From positions 117,428,001 through 117,492,000 of the forward strand of contig NC_059430.1 in assembly GCF_021028975.2 (NCBI RefSeq): 64,000 nt of DNA, given 5' to 3'. The translations under genes and the position numbers were made by a program. Of the stretch, positions 1 through 11,834 are shown in pieces (position 1 is the stretch's first letter; every line of letters begins with the position of its first letter). Below the pieces are notes generated by a model, which saw nothing but the letters and a program-made list of their open reading frames with translations, was not told the DNA's origin and ran no database searches. Source of the DNA: Sphaerodactylus townsendi. Taxonomy: Eukaryota.

Positions 1-908
1 TAAAAACAACGTAAACGGCCTTTGCGGAAAAGGTCTAGGTTTGAAGGGAATGTTTTAACCACCACCCCTGCCCCCTCTGAGCAGGAGGAAAGGGAAATGC
101 AGTTCAATTGCTTTCCAGCATCATCTTAGCCACCTTTTTAGAAATGCTAATAGCACCACCCCCTTCCAAGCAGGGATCAGGGATAGGGAGGTTGTAAAAT
201 ACTAGAAAGAACTTTGGGAAGGAAACTTTCCTGGAGGCTTCAGGAAAGCTTCTTTGAGCCAGGCTGACCTGGTCAGTGGATGGAGAAAGGAAATTAATAA
301 AATTCCTGGGAGCAAGAAGGAACTTCTCTCTTTTGGCTGTGGAACTCTCAGGGGAGACCAGGTTCTCATCTGAGGTCTGGAAGAAGGCAGTCATTTTGAC
401 CCTGTGCTGTCCCAAGGAGCTGGCGAAAACTGCCAGCAAATAGAAACCCTGTAGAGATTTATAACATCCTGAATTCAAGAGCCTGTCCTATATTCCGATA
501 GGGCATATATACAAAGAGGGCCAGAGGGATTGCATTTCTCCCATTTCTTTTGGATCTCATGTTCAATCTGGTGCCGTGCTAAAAGTGTGCTTGCAAACAT
601 TTTCTGTTTAAGAAATACACTTTAATTTTGGATGCTGGCAGTTCCCAATACTCCACAGAACTCCACTGTATTGAACATTCTGTTTTCTAAAGGATGCACA
701 AGGAGGGGGAAGGGTGGCAGTTTGCAAGCAGCTATTCCTTCAGGGACCTACCAGGCAGTAAATCGTCAAATCGTCCCATGGTGCCCATGGGTGGGGAAGG
801 GGTAAACACTTAGCCATGGCCTCAGAGTTCGGAAAGGAAGCTGGGGGGTCCTTACCCTCCCCGTGGGCAATTTCCTTCAATGGTCAGGTGGTGGCAGCGG
901 TTCTCCAA

Positions 909-1049
909 GGCTCATTCCGCACATGCAGAATAATGCACTTTCAAACTGCTTCCAGTGCTCTTTGAAGCTGTGCGGAATGGCAAAATCCACTTGCAAACAG
1001 TTGTGAAAGTGGTTTGAAAACGCATTATTTTGCATGTGCGGAAGGGGCC
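909..1049. mobile_element. Palindromic MITE, PIF/Harbinger-like (copy 1 of 4)
   Basis: Terminal inverted repeats GGCYCMTTCCGCACATGCARAATAATGC; 3-bp TSD CAA (906-908/1050-1052); same family at 4533, 11460, 27726. Confidence 0.7.
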
Positions 1050-1431
1050 CAAGAGAAAGAGAGGGGCTTCTCACAGAGAGTACGGGTGAAATAGGGTTTG
1101 CAGTTCAGAGCAGGTTTGTTCCACCATGAAGGATAACAAACAGGACAGGATATAAAAATTCTCCATGCTATAGAACATAAGTGCATGTGTAACCTTTTAA
1201 TCAGTGTGCATCTGGTTTGGGGGCAGAGATGTACACTGGGACACTTGTTTTGATTATAGAATTACTATGGGAGAGTAACATATACCTAACATGTATGAAT
1301 GCTGCATTCAAACCTGTATTCACAACAGAATTCACCCAAATGTCCAATGGATAATCTGCAAAGAGTATAGAACAAATATAGAGCAAATCCACAGAATAAG
1401 GATGAGATGAAATTATATTTGACCAGTTAGG

Positions 1432-1588
1432 CAGAGGCAGAGCGAGGGGAAACTGCGCCCGGGGCAAGTGCGCACGCTGTGCCCCTGCCATGATGCCCCC
1501 CACCCAGGAATGCCCTGGCCACACCCCTGCCATGACTCCGCCCGGGGCATCAAGTCCCTCACCCCACCATGTTGACGCTACGCCACTG
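1432..1588. mobile_element. Non-autonomous hAT element
   Basis: CAG...CTG termini and perfect 8-bp TSD CAGTTAGG (1424-1431/1589-1596). Confidence 0.8.
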
Positions 1589-2124
1589 CAGTTAGGTCAA
1601 ATTAGGATCACATTGGTCCTTGAAAAAAGCAAGTGCAATGGGTGCATATTTATCTACAACCGTTTCTCAAGAAAAGTGTTCCAGTTTCTTTGAAGAGCTT
1701 CCGTTTTCGTAACACCCAAGAGTTAGGATACTAGAGGAGAAAGAGAGCGTGACAATAATGAAGTTTGGAGGTTACAAAAGATGTGGGCAGGGCTGAGGTG
1801 TAGATTCAAAGGTACTGTGGACGAGTAAGGACACAACCTCAGCTGTTTCTCCAGTTAGACCTTCATTGGATTCACAACTGACTGACCCAGCTTGAAGATC
1901 CATAACCCAGCAACATTTGCAGGAGCTGTGATATAATCAACACAAGCCCTTGTGCAATGAAAAAGCCTCTGTTTTCTCAACTATGAATCTGTCTACAGCC
2001 CCACTGCTCTTTTGACAGGCTGACTTATATGAGCAGGCCTACTGAAAAGTTATTGGGCTTGCCAAAGGTAAGAATATTGGAGGTGCCCTGCTGGATCAGA
2101 CTAGTGGTCTAGCTATCCTGTTTC

Positions 2125-2545
2125 CAGAGGTGGGATCCAGCAGGTTCTCACAGGTTCCCGAGAGTAGGTTACCAGTGGCTAGAGTATTGCGCAGCCGCAG
2201 AGGGGTTACTAATTGGTGATTTTAAGCCACGTGATTTTTGGCTCTTAGTTATGCCCCTCCTCCTCAGCAGTAGCGCCAAGTCAGAACTTGAAGCAGTCTA
2301 GCAGGAGAGCGTGCACCGGCGTGCGTGGCAGCCTCGGCGCCGATGCGCGGCATTCGCTTTCCCCCTTGGACCGTAGCAAAGCAAAGCAGCTGCGTCCTTG
2401 CCACAACGCCGCCCAGGAATGCCCCATCCCCGAAATGCCCGGCCACGTCCCCGTCATGCCCCGCCCAGCCCCATTGGCGCTATGCCACAGTTTGAATCCC
2501 ACCACCATGGGAACCTGTTACTAAAATTTTTGGATCCCACCACTG
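2125..2545. mobile_element. Non-autonomous hAT element (CAGWGGTGGGATCC family)
   Basis: TIR CAGAGGTGGGATCCA/TGGATCCCACCACTG; 8-bp TSD CCTGTTTC; near-identical copy at 5915-6327. Confidence 0.85.
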
Positions 2546-2834
2546 CCTGTTTCCACAGAAGGCATCCAGTTAACCTGAAGGGCCAATGAGCAGGGCATGG
2601 GGCAGAAAGCTTTCCCTGAAATTGCTTCCCCAAACTTGTATTTGGAGGTTACCAGTGGCGTACCGCTAATGGGGGACATAGGGTATCCCATGTCCCCGGG
2701 CACACACCATTTGATCACATGGGGGAGGTGCGCCGGCTAGCTCCCTCCGTGCTGCTCAGATGGGCTCCATGGCTGCAGGTCAGCTCCTGCACTTCTCGGC
2801 CTCCCTGCTGACAGGGAAGCTGGCTGAAGCCATG

Positions 2835-3858
2835 AGGGGGTTTTTTTTGAAAATTTTTATTGTATCATTTGAATTTTACAGTTTATAATAGTAATTTCTC
2901 TCTTCATACATTTTCAAACAATACATTTTTCCCTTTTTCTCCCACCCCCCATGCTTCTTCTTCTTAGTTTTTTCACACAAACAGCAGTGAGTTCATTCTT
3001 TGTAGCCTCTTCTCCCATTTTTCTTCGATGACTCGAACTTCTTTCATCCAGTCCACGTATATTATCCATATCTTCAAATTTTCATTCTGTTTGTCTTGCC
3101 ACGTCTTATTTTTGGTTAGTATATCGAAAATATCCAGTGTCACTTGTTCCCAGATATATTCTAACCATTTCTGAAATGTCCATTTTTTCTTTTCTTTTCA
3201 GCCCAAGGCTATTGTTGCATGGGCTGCTTTAATCATTATTTTATACATATAACTATATTGTTTTTCCACCCTTCTGTCTTCCATTACTCCTATGAACATT
3301 AAGTCATTATTTAAATCAATCTTTATCTTCACCAGTTTCTCAATATATATTAATACAGTTGTCCAAAATTTTTTTACTTCTGAACATTCTATCCACATAT
3401 GGCTATAATATGCTTCTTGGTCTCCACAGTGCCAGCACTTAGGACTAAGTCCTTTTATCATGTATGCTAGTTGTTTTGGTGTTCTATACCATTTTAATAT
3501 CACTTTTCTTTCTAACTCCATATATTTCTCAATCTTTATATTTTTCCAACTGTCTATTAATTTTTCAATATTTCCAATGTCTAGAGATCCTTCCTTCTCC
3601 CATTTTTGTTTCAACGTTCTTATCATAAAATCCTTAGCATCTACCATGTGATTGTATATGTGCCCTAAAATTTTCCCTTTGTATTTTCCATATAATTCCA
3701 AACATTTCGACATGATGCATTCTCCTTTTATCCGTGAAGCCTTTATCCTTTCCCAAATGCCTCTCAAAACCAACCAGTTCTCATTTCCCCCTATCTCTAT
3801 AAAATTTTGTAGTGTCATAATTTCTCCTCCTTCCCTGATCAAATTTGCCACAGTTTGA
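2835..3858 (-). mobile_element. 5'-truncated L1-clade LINE (ORF2 C-terminal cysteine-rich region plus 3' UTR)
   Basis: ORF 3198-3851 has WYRTP..L...KCWHC...HMW..C..VKKFW, typical of L1 ORF2 C-termini; poly-T at 2841-2848; 13-bp TSD GGCTGAAGCCATG (2822-2834/3859-3871). Confidence 0.85.
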
Positions 3859-4532
3859 GGCTGAAGCCATGGTCCTGCCTGGGTTGTGAGCTGCGGCCAC
3901 AGTCCAGCTCTTGGGCAGGAGCCAGCCTGCGGGTGCTCTTTGCCTTTTGTAATTCCCTCCTAAACTTCCTCATAGCCACTACCCGCACAGAGTTAAACAT
4001 GCTTGAATCCATTGATTGATTCAGTTGGAAGACATTTCATTGGCATCTTAAAGTTACCCGTGTTGCCAACATTAAAATATGTACAAATATGTTTTGCCAT
4101 GGAGCAAAGGCTGAGGGTTATGGTTTATCTGACCCCGAATCTCTCCTGCCCAGAGCCCCAACCCCTTTACTTGACAAAAGAACCCTTTGCACCGTTAAAT
4201 CAATGTTGTAATTTTCTGAGAACAGATTGCAAATCAGCACGACCACTTCTGCTTTTATGGGGCACAGGATAAAACCAGGGGAGAGGCAGATCAAACAAAC
4301 ACTCCTGCCCAAGGTAAGATTATTCCTTTCTTTTATTCATCATGATGTAGCCACTGGTTTGTGGGGAACATAAAAACTTAAAGACACCCTAAATATCCAT
4401 CTGATTAGTTTCGAGGTTGCCTTTCCAAGAACTGTAGGTGAATTTGCTTTAATTTCTTTTTTGAGATATAAGCAGTCTGTCTGAGCACCTGCTCCTAAGG
4501 ACAGTTCTCCAAAGGAAGACAAAAGTTTTTCA

Positions 4533-4683
4533 AGCCCCTTCCGCACATGCAGAATTATGCACTTTCAATCCACTTTCACAATTGTTTGCAAGTGGATTTT
4601 GCTATTCTGCACAGTAAAATCCAGCTGCAAAATGCATTGAAAGTGGGTTGAAAGTGCATTATTCTGCATGTGCGGAAGGGGCC
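4533..4683. mobile_element. Palindromic Harbinger-like MITE (copy 2)
   Basis: Same TIR as 909-1049. Confidence 0.7.
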
Positions 4684-5123
4684 TCTTCTCTGAGGCTGAA
4701 TAGGGGTACAGGATTCTTACCTTTCTACAGATGTCAATTTTCTGCCCCCCCCCCCCCCCCGCATTTCCCCTCTGCTCTAATCCAGGTGCTTACAAAGAGC
4801 ATTGTGCCTTTGCATCCTTTACAAGCATTCTTGACAGCACCCTCCTACCTTCTAACTAGGATAAAAGGACTCAGAGATCTCCTTTGTACTCTGTTCACGT
4901 CCAAGGAAGGGGACATTGACTCTTGAAATTTTATACCCTGAAACTTGGGTTGCTCTCTGAGGTGCTACTGAACTCAAATCTAGCTGTTCTACTGCAGACC
5001 AGCTTGGCTACCCTCTGAAACTAAAAACAATTCTGTGTCCCTTTTTCCCCCTTCTCATGTTGTACTGTTTTGTAGGGCTAACAGCAAAGTTTCAAAAGGA
5101 TTCCAGGAAAAACAGAAGAGAAG

Positions 5124-8100
5124 ATGGGGCGCCATCTCCTCCAAGTCTTGCTTCCTGCAGTCATTTCAGCACTCCTGCTTTGGGAGGGTAAGAAGACTGA
5201 CTTGGGAACTGTAACACTCAGCAACAGAGTCCTCACTAGGAAGCTGTTCTGTCTCTTGTCTTCCAGGACTTGAGCGGAGAATGGTATTTGCCAATTGGGT
5301 GATTGAATTTCTTTGTCTTCTCACTGCAGGAGTCCAGTGCAACAAAAACAGGTACTCTCTGGAAATCACTTCCCCGGTAATTGTGCAAGCGGGTCTCCGC
5401 GTCAACCTCCCGTGCAAGTTCACTTATGACACATCGCGCGACAACCCACGTGCTATATTGTATGGGTATTGGTATGTGGACGACAAGCAAATCCGCAAGC
5501 CACGTTTAGTGGCCACCAGTAATCTGGAGAGAATTAAGGAGATAAGCCCTCATGTTAGAGATCGTTTTGAACTGTCAGAGCGAAAACTGAACCAGGGCGA
5601 CTGCTCCCTCACCATCAGGGATGTCAAAGCAGCCGATGAGGGTATTTACCACTTCAGGATGGAGAAAGGTCGCAAAAGATACAGTTATTCTGCAGCAAAA
5701 GAAAGAGTGTCTGTCATTGTGACAGTTGAGTTCCTGAAAGGTGGGTGCTGCTGACCTCTCAGTCGAAGTGCCCCATCTAATATAATTTCCCCGCTGTTTT
5801 GCGGCTGAATCAGATTTGCTTGTGGAGATTGTCTCTTTCGAGGCAGGGAATTAAGGCAAAGGATAGATCCAATTTTGGACTGTAGGGAAAGGCAAGGCTG
5901 GATCAATTCTACGCCAGAGGTGGGATCCAGCAGGTTCTCACAGGTTCCCGAGAGTAGGTTACTAATTATTTGTGTGTGCCGAGAGGGGGTTACTAATCGG
6001 TGATTTTGCCACGTGATTTTTGCCTTAGTTACGCCCCTCCTCTCAGCAGTAGTGCGCAGAACTTGAAGCAGTCTAGCAGGAGGTGCACTTGCGGCGTATG
6101 GCGCGGGCAGCCTGGCGCCTCGCGGCGTGTATCTCGCTTTCTCTCGGGCCCAAGCGACCGGGCGCAGAGGCCATGCCTCCTGCCACAGCCACGCCCAGGA
6201 ATGCCCTGCCCCTGGAATACCCGGCCACACCCTCATCATGTCCCGCCCATCCCCATTGGCGCTACGCCACAGTTTGAATCCCACCACCATGGGAACCTGT
6301 TACTAAAATTTTTGGATCCCACCACTGATCTACGCTAGCCAGGAGGCACTTATTTAAAAGGGACCTCCTTCTGCAATAGAATCCCATATTCCAGTTTGGT
6401 GGGGAATCTGCCTTGCAGTTCCAGTTTATCCAAGAAGAAGATGGGGAGGAAACACTGGGGTTGGTGTGGTAGTTATACTCTTGACTCCTTTCTTCTCAGA
6501 ACGAAAACCAGATTTAACTGTTCCGGAATTACTGCGGGCAGGACGGGAAGCAAGCGTCACTTGTAGAGCCCCTTGGAGCCCTTCCTCAGGCCAGCCTAAC
6601 ATCACCTGGACAGGCATTTCTGGAGGGGAAAGAAGTCAGCTTGTGACACATGACAGCGTGGCGAGTCACATAGACTTCACCCCTACGGCAGCAGACCATC
6701 TCCAAAATATTACCTGCAAAGCGACCTATTTCAGAGCGCCTAAATATGTGACTACGGAGAGGACAGCCACTCTCAACGTCAACTGTGAGTGGCTGTCCAG
6801 ATCCCAAGATGATTGGGTGTTTATTTATAGCAGGAGTCCTCAACCTTTTTGAACCTTTGGGATTCTGACATAGTAAGGTGGGCGCTGCCACAAAATGGCT
6901 GCCACAGCTTACCTTCAGTCACATAGTGAAGATCTTTGCATTGTGGTGGCAGCTGCTGCCCAAGCCATGTTTTTTTTAATTGCTGATCAAACCTTCAGCA
7001 GCCAATCAGACACCTTGGTGGGCAAAAGTCCCACCCGGCTCTGCCCACTTCCTAAAAACACTTGGTGGGCACCAGAAAAGGTCTCAGTGGGCAGGCACCA
7101 TGTTGGGGGCGCCTCATTTAGATCTTTGCTGATCTAAAGATATGGGTCAGCTGGACCTGGGTAGCATTTGCCAGAAAGGCAGATCAAGTGAATTCTAGCT
7201 AAATTGTGTTTACAAAGGTACCCACCCACAAAAAAACAACAATCACCACCTTTTGATATACTCTGTCTCACAAAAAGATGTTAGTAGGTAGTATTTTTCT
7301 CCGCCACAGAACTCAACATGCTGGACCTTCTTTGTTGTAGTATGCTCCACCTGGGCCCTTGTGCCTACCTAGTCCTGCACCCTCATATCCATTTGAAAGT
7401 TTGGTGAAAGTCATTCAATGAGCTGTCAGTGCTCTTGTATCAAAGTTCAGTAATGCACAAAAGAAAGGTTTTGACAAAGGCAGTGCATAAAAATGAATGA
7501 CAATTCCCATATTCATTCGGTACTATATTCTAATGCGGAAGCACACAATTTTCTCAACCGCTGCACCTCAACTGACCATACTAACATCTTTATCTGAGAC
7601 CGAGTATAGTTGAAACACAGTTTTTCTCCAAATTAAATGGGAGGTATGCATAAGGTGACCAGATGGTCACCTTCAAGAACCAGGACGGGCGGGCGGCCCC
7701 CCGTGCGCGCGCGCACACACACTCGCGCAGCCACACACACTCACACACACACACGGAGCGCACACTCGCACACACAGACGGAGCCACACACACTCATGCA
7801 GCCACACACTCGGGGAAATTGGGGAAAACCCGCGGGATGCGGGACAAGTTCTTTCAAGGCGTGAATGTCCCGCCAAAAGCGGGACGGATGGTCAGCTTAG
7901 GTATGCATTGGTCTTATACTCCAAAATGTTTTCACATTCCTGATGGATGAGAAGAATCCTTAGTTTAGATTCCCTCTTATTCTCTGGTGCTCACTTACCA
8001 GAGGAATCCCTTATCAGCCATGCTTGCCTTTGTGTTACAGATCCACCAAGGAACCTACACTTCAGCGGCCACCTTATACGCCCCAATGGCGGTAAGTTTT

Positions 8101-8845
8101 CAATATGTTTGGGTAGCTATGCATTCACAGTGATAACAGCAATAAATAAATCAACCCGTAACTCGCAAATCACAATAAATATTTAACAAATTCGCCCTCT
8201 GACTTTGCCATGGCTGAATTTTTTTCCCCGGAAAGATAGCGAGAGCCAAAATGTTACGTATTTGAGTAAAAAGAAAACAGCATTCAATTTCTTCCTCTGT
8301 GATTGGCTCTTTCCTCTGCTCTGGTTAAATCGCACCCTCTCATCCCCCACTGCCCATTTGTAAAACATAAGCAACCAATTTCACAGGATTATGCACCCAT
8401 GTAAGGTAGTTCCTCTCCCTTTTCAGCATCAGGTTCCTTAGATAGACAAATTGACTCTTTTGGTGCTGTGCTGAGGAAATTCGCCTGCTCAGTGTTTTTT
8501 GATGGCAAAGGGAAAATAGGTGCGGCTGGTTACCAAAGTTGGAAAACCGTGGTAGGAAATGCCTTGTCCTTTTGGATTCTTGCAGAGGTGCAGTACTTCA
8601 CAAACATCTCCCAGATCGTTCCCCGGGAAGGCCATTCTCTCGTGGTTAGTTGCGAGGCGGACAGCAACCCGCAGAGTTTCGTGAGATGGAAGCTGAAATT
8701 CCCGGGAACTCGCCTCCACATATATAACAATGAACTGAGGCTTTCGAACGTGACTTTGGAGGACGAGAGTAAATACGAGTGCCAGGCCAGCAATGTCGAA
8801 GGTTACGCTGAGAAAGGGGTCTACATCCCCATAAAACATGCGTGA
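5124..8845 (+). CDS. Sialic acid-binding Ig-like lectin (Siglec; CD33/MAG-like), signal peptide + V-set + 2 C2-type Ig domains, ~356 aa, no TM exon found
   Basis: Phase-1 exons: 5124-5187 (signal peptide MGRHLLQVLLPAVISALLLWEG); 5330-5740 (V-set: PCKF, YGYW, GDCSLTI, DEGIYHFRME with the essential Arg); 6500-6784 (C2); 8041-8091 (Siglec linker YPPRNLHFSG); 8586-8845 (Ig: CEADSNP...YECQASN, stop TGA). Probable 5' UTR donor at 4313/4314 and acceptor at 5075/5076. Confidence 0.85.
5915..6327. mobile_element. Non-autonomous hAT element in Siglec intron
   Basis: Same family as 2125-2545; TSD TTCTACGC/ATCTACGC. Confidence 0.85.
7651..7899. mobile_element. Non-autonomous hAT element (Blackjack-like TIR) with internal (CA)n
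   Basis: TIR TAAGGTGACCA/TGGTCAGCTTA; 8-bp TSD GGTATGCA. Confidence 0.75.
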
Positions 8846-9441
8846 GAAAAAGACTGGGCTTCACTGAGATTCTGCTTATTTAGAATTGCCAGCTATCAGT
8901 TCAACAATTAAGCGTTCCTTAAACAAAAAGGGGCAAATATTGATGCCCACCTTAGGGGACAGAACAGCAGCAATTTTAAGGCCTCTTGCTTTAACTTCTT
9001 GCTGTGATAGAACTGCTGAGATTCACAACTGGGGTGTATATTAGGATTTGCTTCAGTGATCTGCAAGATTGGGTCGAACCTTGGAACTCTTTGCTGCAGG
9101 GAATGTTATTGTGGGGGCAGGCAGGGAACATATAATATTTCTTCCAAGCAAAGCATCACTGCACCCAGAAAACTGTTATACAAAAAATAACCTGAGAAGG
9201 GAGATTCAATATATAGAGAATTTTTGAGGCTGCAGTGAAGTTTATCCCATCGTACTTTGAATTTTCTGCTTTGGTAAGAATATTTCCTTGTGGGTCTTCT
9301 CTTTGCCCCATTTTTGTTCCTCCACTATTCTCCTCCTTCTTCTTGGTTTCCCATAAGATATCTACATGTTGGCCTTCTTTTCATCTTCTCACCAGGGCGG
9401 GAGGAATAATCACATTATATTGCAACAGCAGGGCCTTAAAG

Positions 9442-9577
9442 CAGTGGTGGGATTCAAATAATTTAACAACCGGTTCTGGTGGTGTGATTCAAATAATTTA
9501 ACAACCAGTTGTTTACAAGCGCCATTTTAACAACTGGTTCTGCCGAACTGGTGCGAGCTGGCTGAATCCCTCCACTG
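9442..9577. mobile_element. Short hAT MITE
   Basis: CAGTGGTGGGATTCA termini; TSD CCTTAAAG; related copy at 50069-50204. Confidence 0.8.
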
Positions 9578-10191
9578 CCTTAAAGTCAGGAAAAGTCCTG
9601 CTACGCCGGCTGCACACTTGTGGTGGTATGTGCTGTCAAGTCACAGCCGACTTGTGGCCCAGATTGCCCAAAGATATCCAAGGTTACATTTCCTGTCTTT
9701 CACAAGCTAAATCTCTGCCCTTCTCCCTACACCTGTACCATAAGCTCATATAGATTGGAAGCCCTCTGGGGCAAGGAGTTCACCAGATCTATGGTCAGTA
9801 AAGCCCTTCACAGACTATGAAGATTCAATAAACCTCCAATGGTAGCAACATCAGTAGATCTCATCAAAAGCAGTTGCTCATTTCCTAGCTTGAACCTCCG
9901 AAGCCAATGAGATCCTGCAAAATTCTTTCACAGAAGGCCTAAGCTGAGCCCATCATAGCAAGAACTCAGCCCTGACCTTTTGGTGCGTTCATGAAAAGGC
10001 TGGAAGATGCAGCATTCTCTCCTTCACTATTTTATTCTAGTTCTGTGATGTTCAGAGTTTGTGTGTGATCGGGTTTTTCTTACAGGCTTCATTAGCAGAA
10101 GGAAGAGATGCAGACGTAGCATTTACCATTTAATGAAATACAATCCTTTGCTATCATCCAACAAACGTATTTCGGGTGGCTTCATCTAGTT

Positions 10192-10339
10192 CAGGGGTAG
10201 GGAACCTGCGGCTCTCCAGATGTTCAGGAACTACAATTCCCATCAGCCCCTACCAGCATGGCCAATTGGCCATGCTGACAGAGGCTGATGGGAATTGTAG
10301 TTCCTGAACATCTGGAGAGCCGCAGGTTCCCTACCCCTT
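10192..10339. mobile_element. Fully palindromic hAT MITE carrying ACTACAATTCCC
   Basis: Near-perfect ~148-bp hairpin centred on GGCCAATTGGCC; 8-bp TSD ATCTAGTT. Confidence 0.85.
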
Positions 10340-11459
10340 ATCTAGTTGTTTTGAAGGTGGCAGGCCAAAAAGATATCCATCTTAAGAGAATCTTCCAGCT
10401 CTAATCAGTAAAGCTAGAGAGCAGCTGCAGGCTCTTGTTCAATCTTTCTTTATCTTTCAAGGTCATTTCCCAGGCCAACACTCACTGGAAAGAGTCACTT
10501 TGTCTAAGGAATACTTCCATGGGAGGAGGCAAACTGCTCATTCCAGTTGAGGAGAACAGAGTTTCATCTGAATGCAGAAGGTTTGCTCAGAGCAAATCCC
10601 TCTGATTGGTCAATTGGGGTCACTGGTAGGACTATGGCCAGCATTTTGAATAGACTCATCATTGTAACAGCAATTATCGCCCTTTCTTGGACCCCCACTT
10701 TGCTGCCACAATAGAGAGAACTTTCGCCATGCCTCAAAACCCAGCATGCTTAAGAACAACTACACGCTTCTGTAGGATTTCACCAAATATATAGAAATAT
10801 AGTTTTGATTCCTTGTGTGTATCCTGCCCATGCCAGGCTTTAATTCTGTTTGTTTTTAATTTTCCTCAATAAAGCTCTCCTATATGCTTTTACTGATGGG
10901 AGCTACTGGCCAAACCCAGAAGTGCTTGGAGTATGCTACTGGCTTATGTCAGCCACTCATGACTTCTATTCCCTTTTATCATGTTCCCTTCATTATGCCA
11001 TTACATGCACATATTGTGTAACTAAGATACTGGAAAAGTCACTGAAGAGTATATAACTTACTTTGGGTAACGCGGCTATCACAATAAACAACTGTAAATT
11101 ACACATTTCAAGTCAAGCGCGGAGTCTATTTTCTTACTTACTCTCACTGAAGACAGAGAAAGGGTTTGCCAGGCATACAGGCCAAAGAGGAAAAATTGTA
11201 TGGTTTTTATATTCCTCTTTCCTCTACCTTTTAAGGAGAGTCTCAAAGTGGCCATTACAATCACATTCCTTCCTCCTCTCACAACAGGTGAGGTAAGTGG
11301 GGCTGAGAGAATTCCTGAGACATCTGTGACAGGGCCTCCAAGGTCATCCAGCAGCATGGTTTCTGGAAAGGAATGGGAATCAAACCTAGTTCTCTAGACT
11401 AGGAGTCCGCCTCACTCTTAACCACTCACGCCTCTGCTGGCTGTCTCTTCCAGAATTGT

Positions 11460-11611
11460 GGCTCATTCCTTCCAAGACATGCAGAATAATGCACTTTCAA
11501 ACCAAGCTTTCAGTGCTCTTCTTGAAGCTGTGCGAATGTATAAAATGTCCACTTTCAAACAGTTGTGAAAGTGGTTTGAAATCGCATTATTTTATGTGCA
11601 GCGAAGGGGCC
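11460..11611. mobile_element. Palindromic Harbinger-like MITE (copy 3, more diverged)
   Basis: Same family as 909-1049. Confidence 0.65.
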
Positions 11612-11787
11612 TTATACAGCCTGTGTAGACTTCCCAAGGAGTTCTCCACTGCAGGGTAGCTTTCATCAAGTGACTCTCTCTCCTACTGCTGGGATGCTTG
11701 GAATGTGGAGGCACAGAATCAACATTGATCCTAAACAGCTGTAAAAGTACAAGGGAGAGGAGGGGAGGGAGGTAGGGAGGAGGGAGG

Positions 11788-11789
<2 letters not shown>

Positions 11790-11831
<42 letters not shown>
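11790..11831. repeat. (GA)n microsatellite within a purine tract
   Basis: Directly visible. Confidence 0.95.

Positions 11832-11834
<3 letters not shown>

Noticed and set aside
2019-2067. Possible upstream non-coding Siglec exon (AG...AAG/GTAAG)
   Set aside because: Good splice signals but no independent support without transcript data
3198-3851. 217-aa ORF as a host gene
   Set aside because: L1 ORF2 C-terminal fragment bounded by a TSD and poly-A tail
5685-6290. 201-aa minus-strand ORF and similar GC-rich ORFs (2281-2508, 14933-15502, 30223-30722)
   Set aside because: Lie within non-autonomous hAT elements; no domain motifs
9235-9501. Hydrophobic ORF as the missing Siglec TM exon
   Set aside because: Pyrimidine-rich, Pro/Ser-interrupted, no clean phase-1 acceptor or basic stop-transfer cluster, and runs into a MITE
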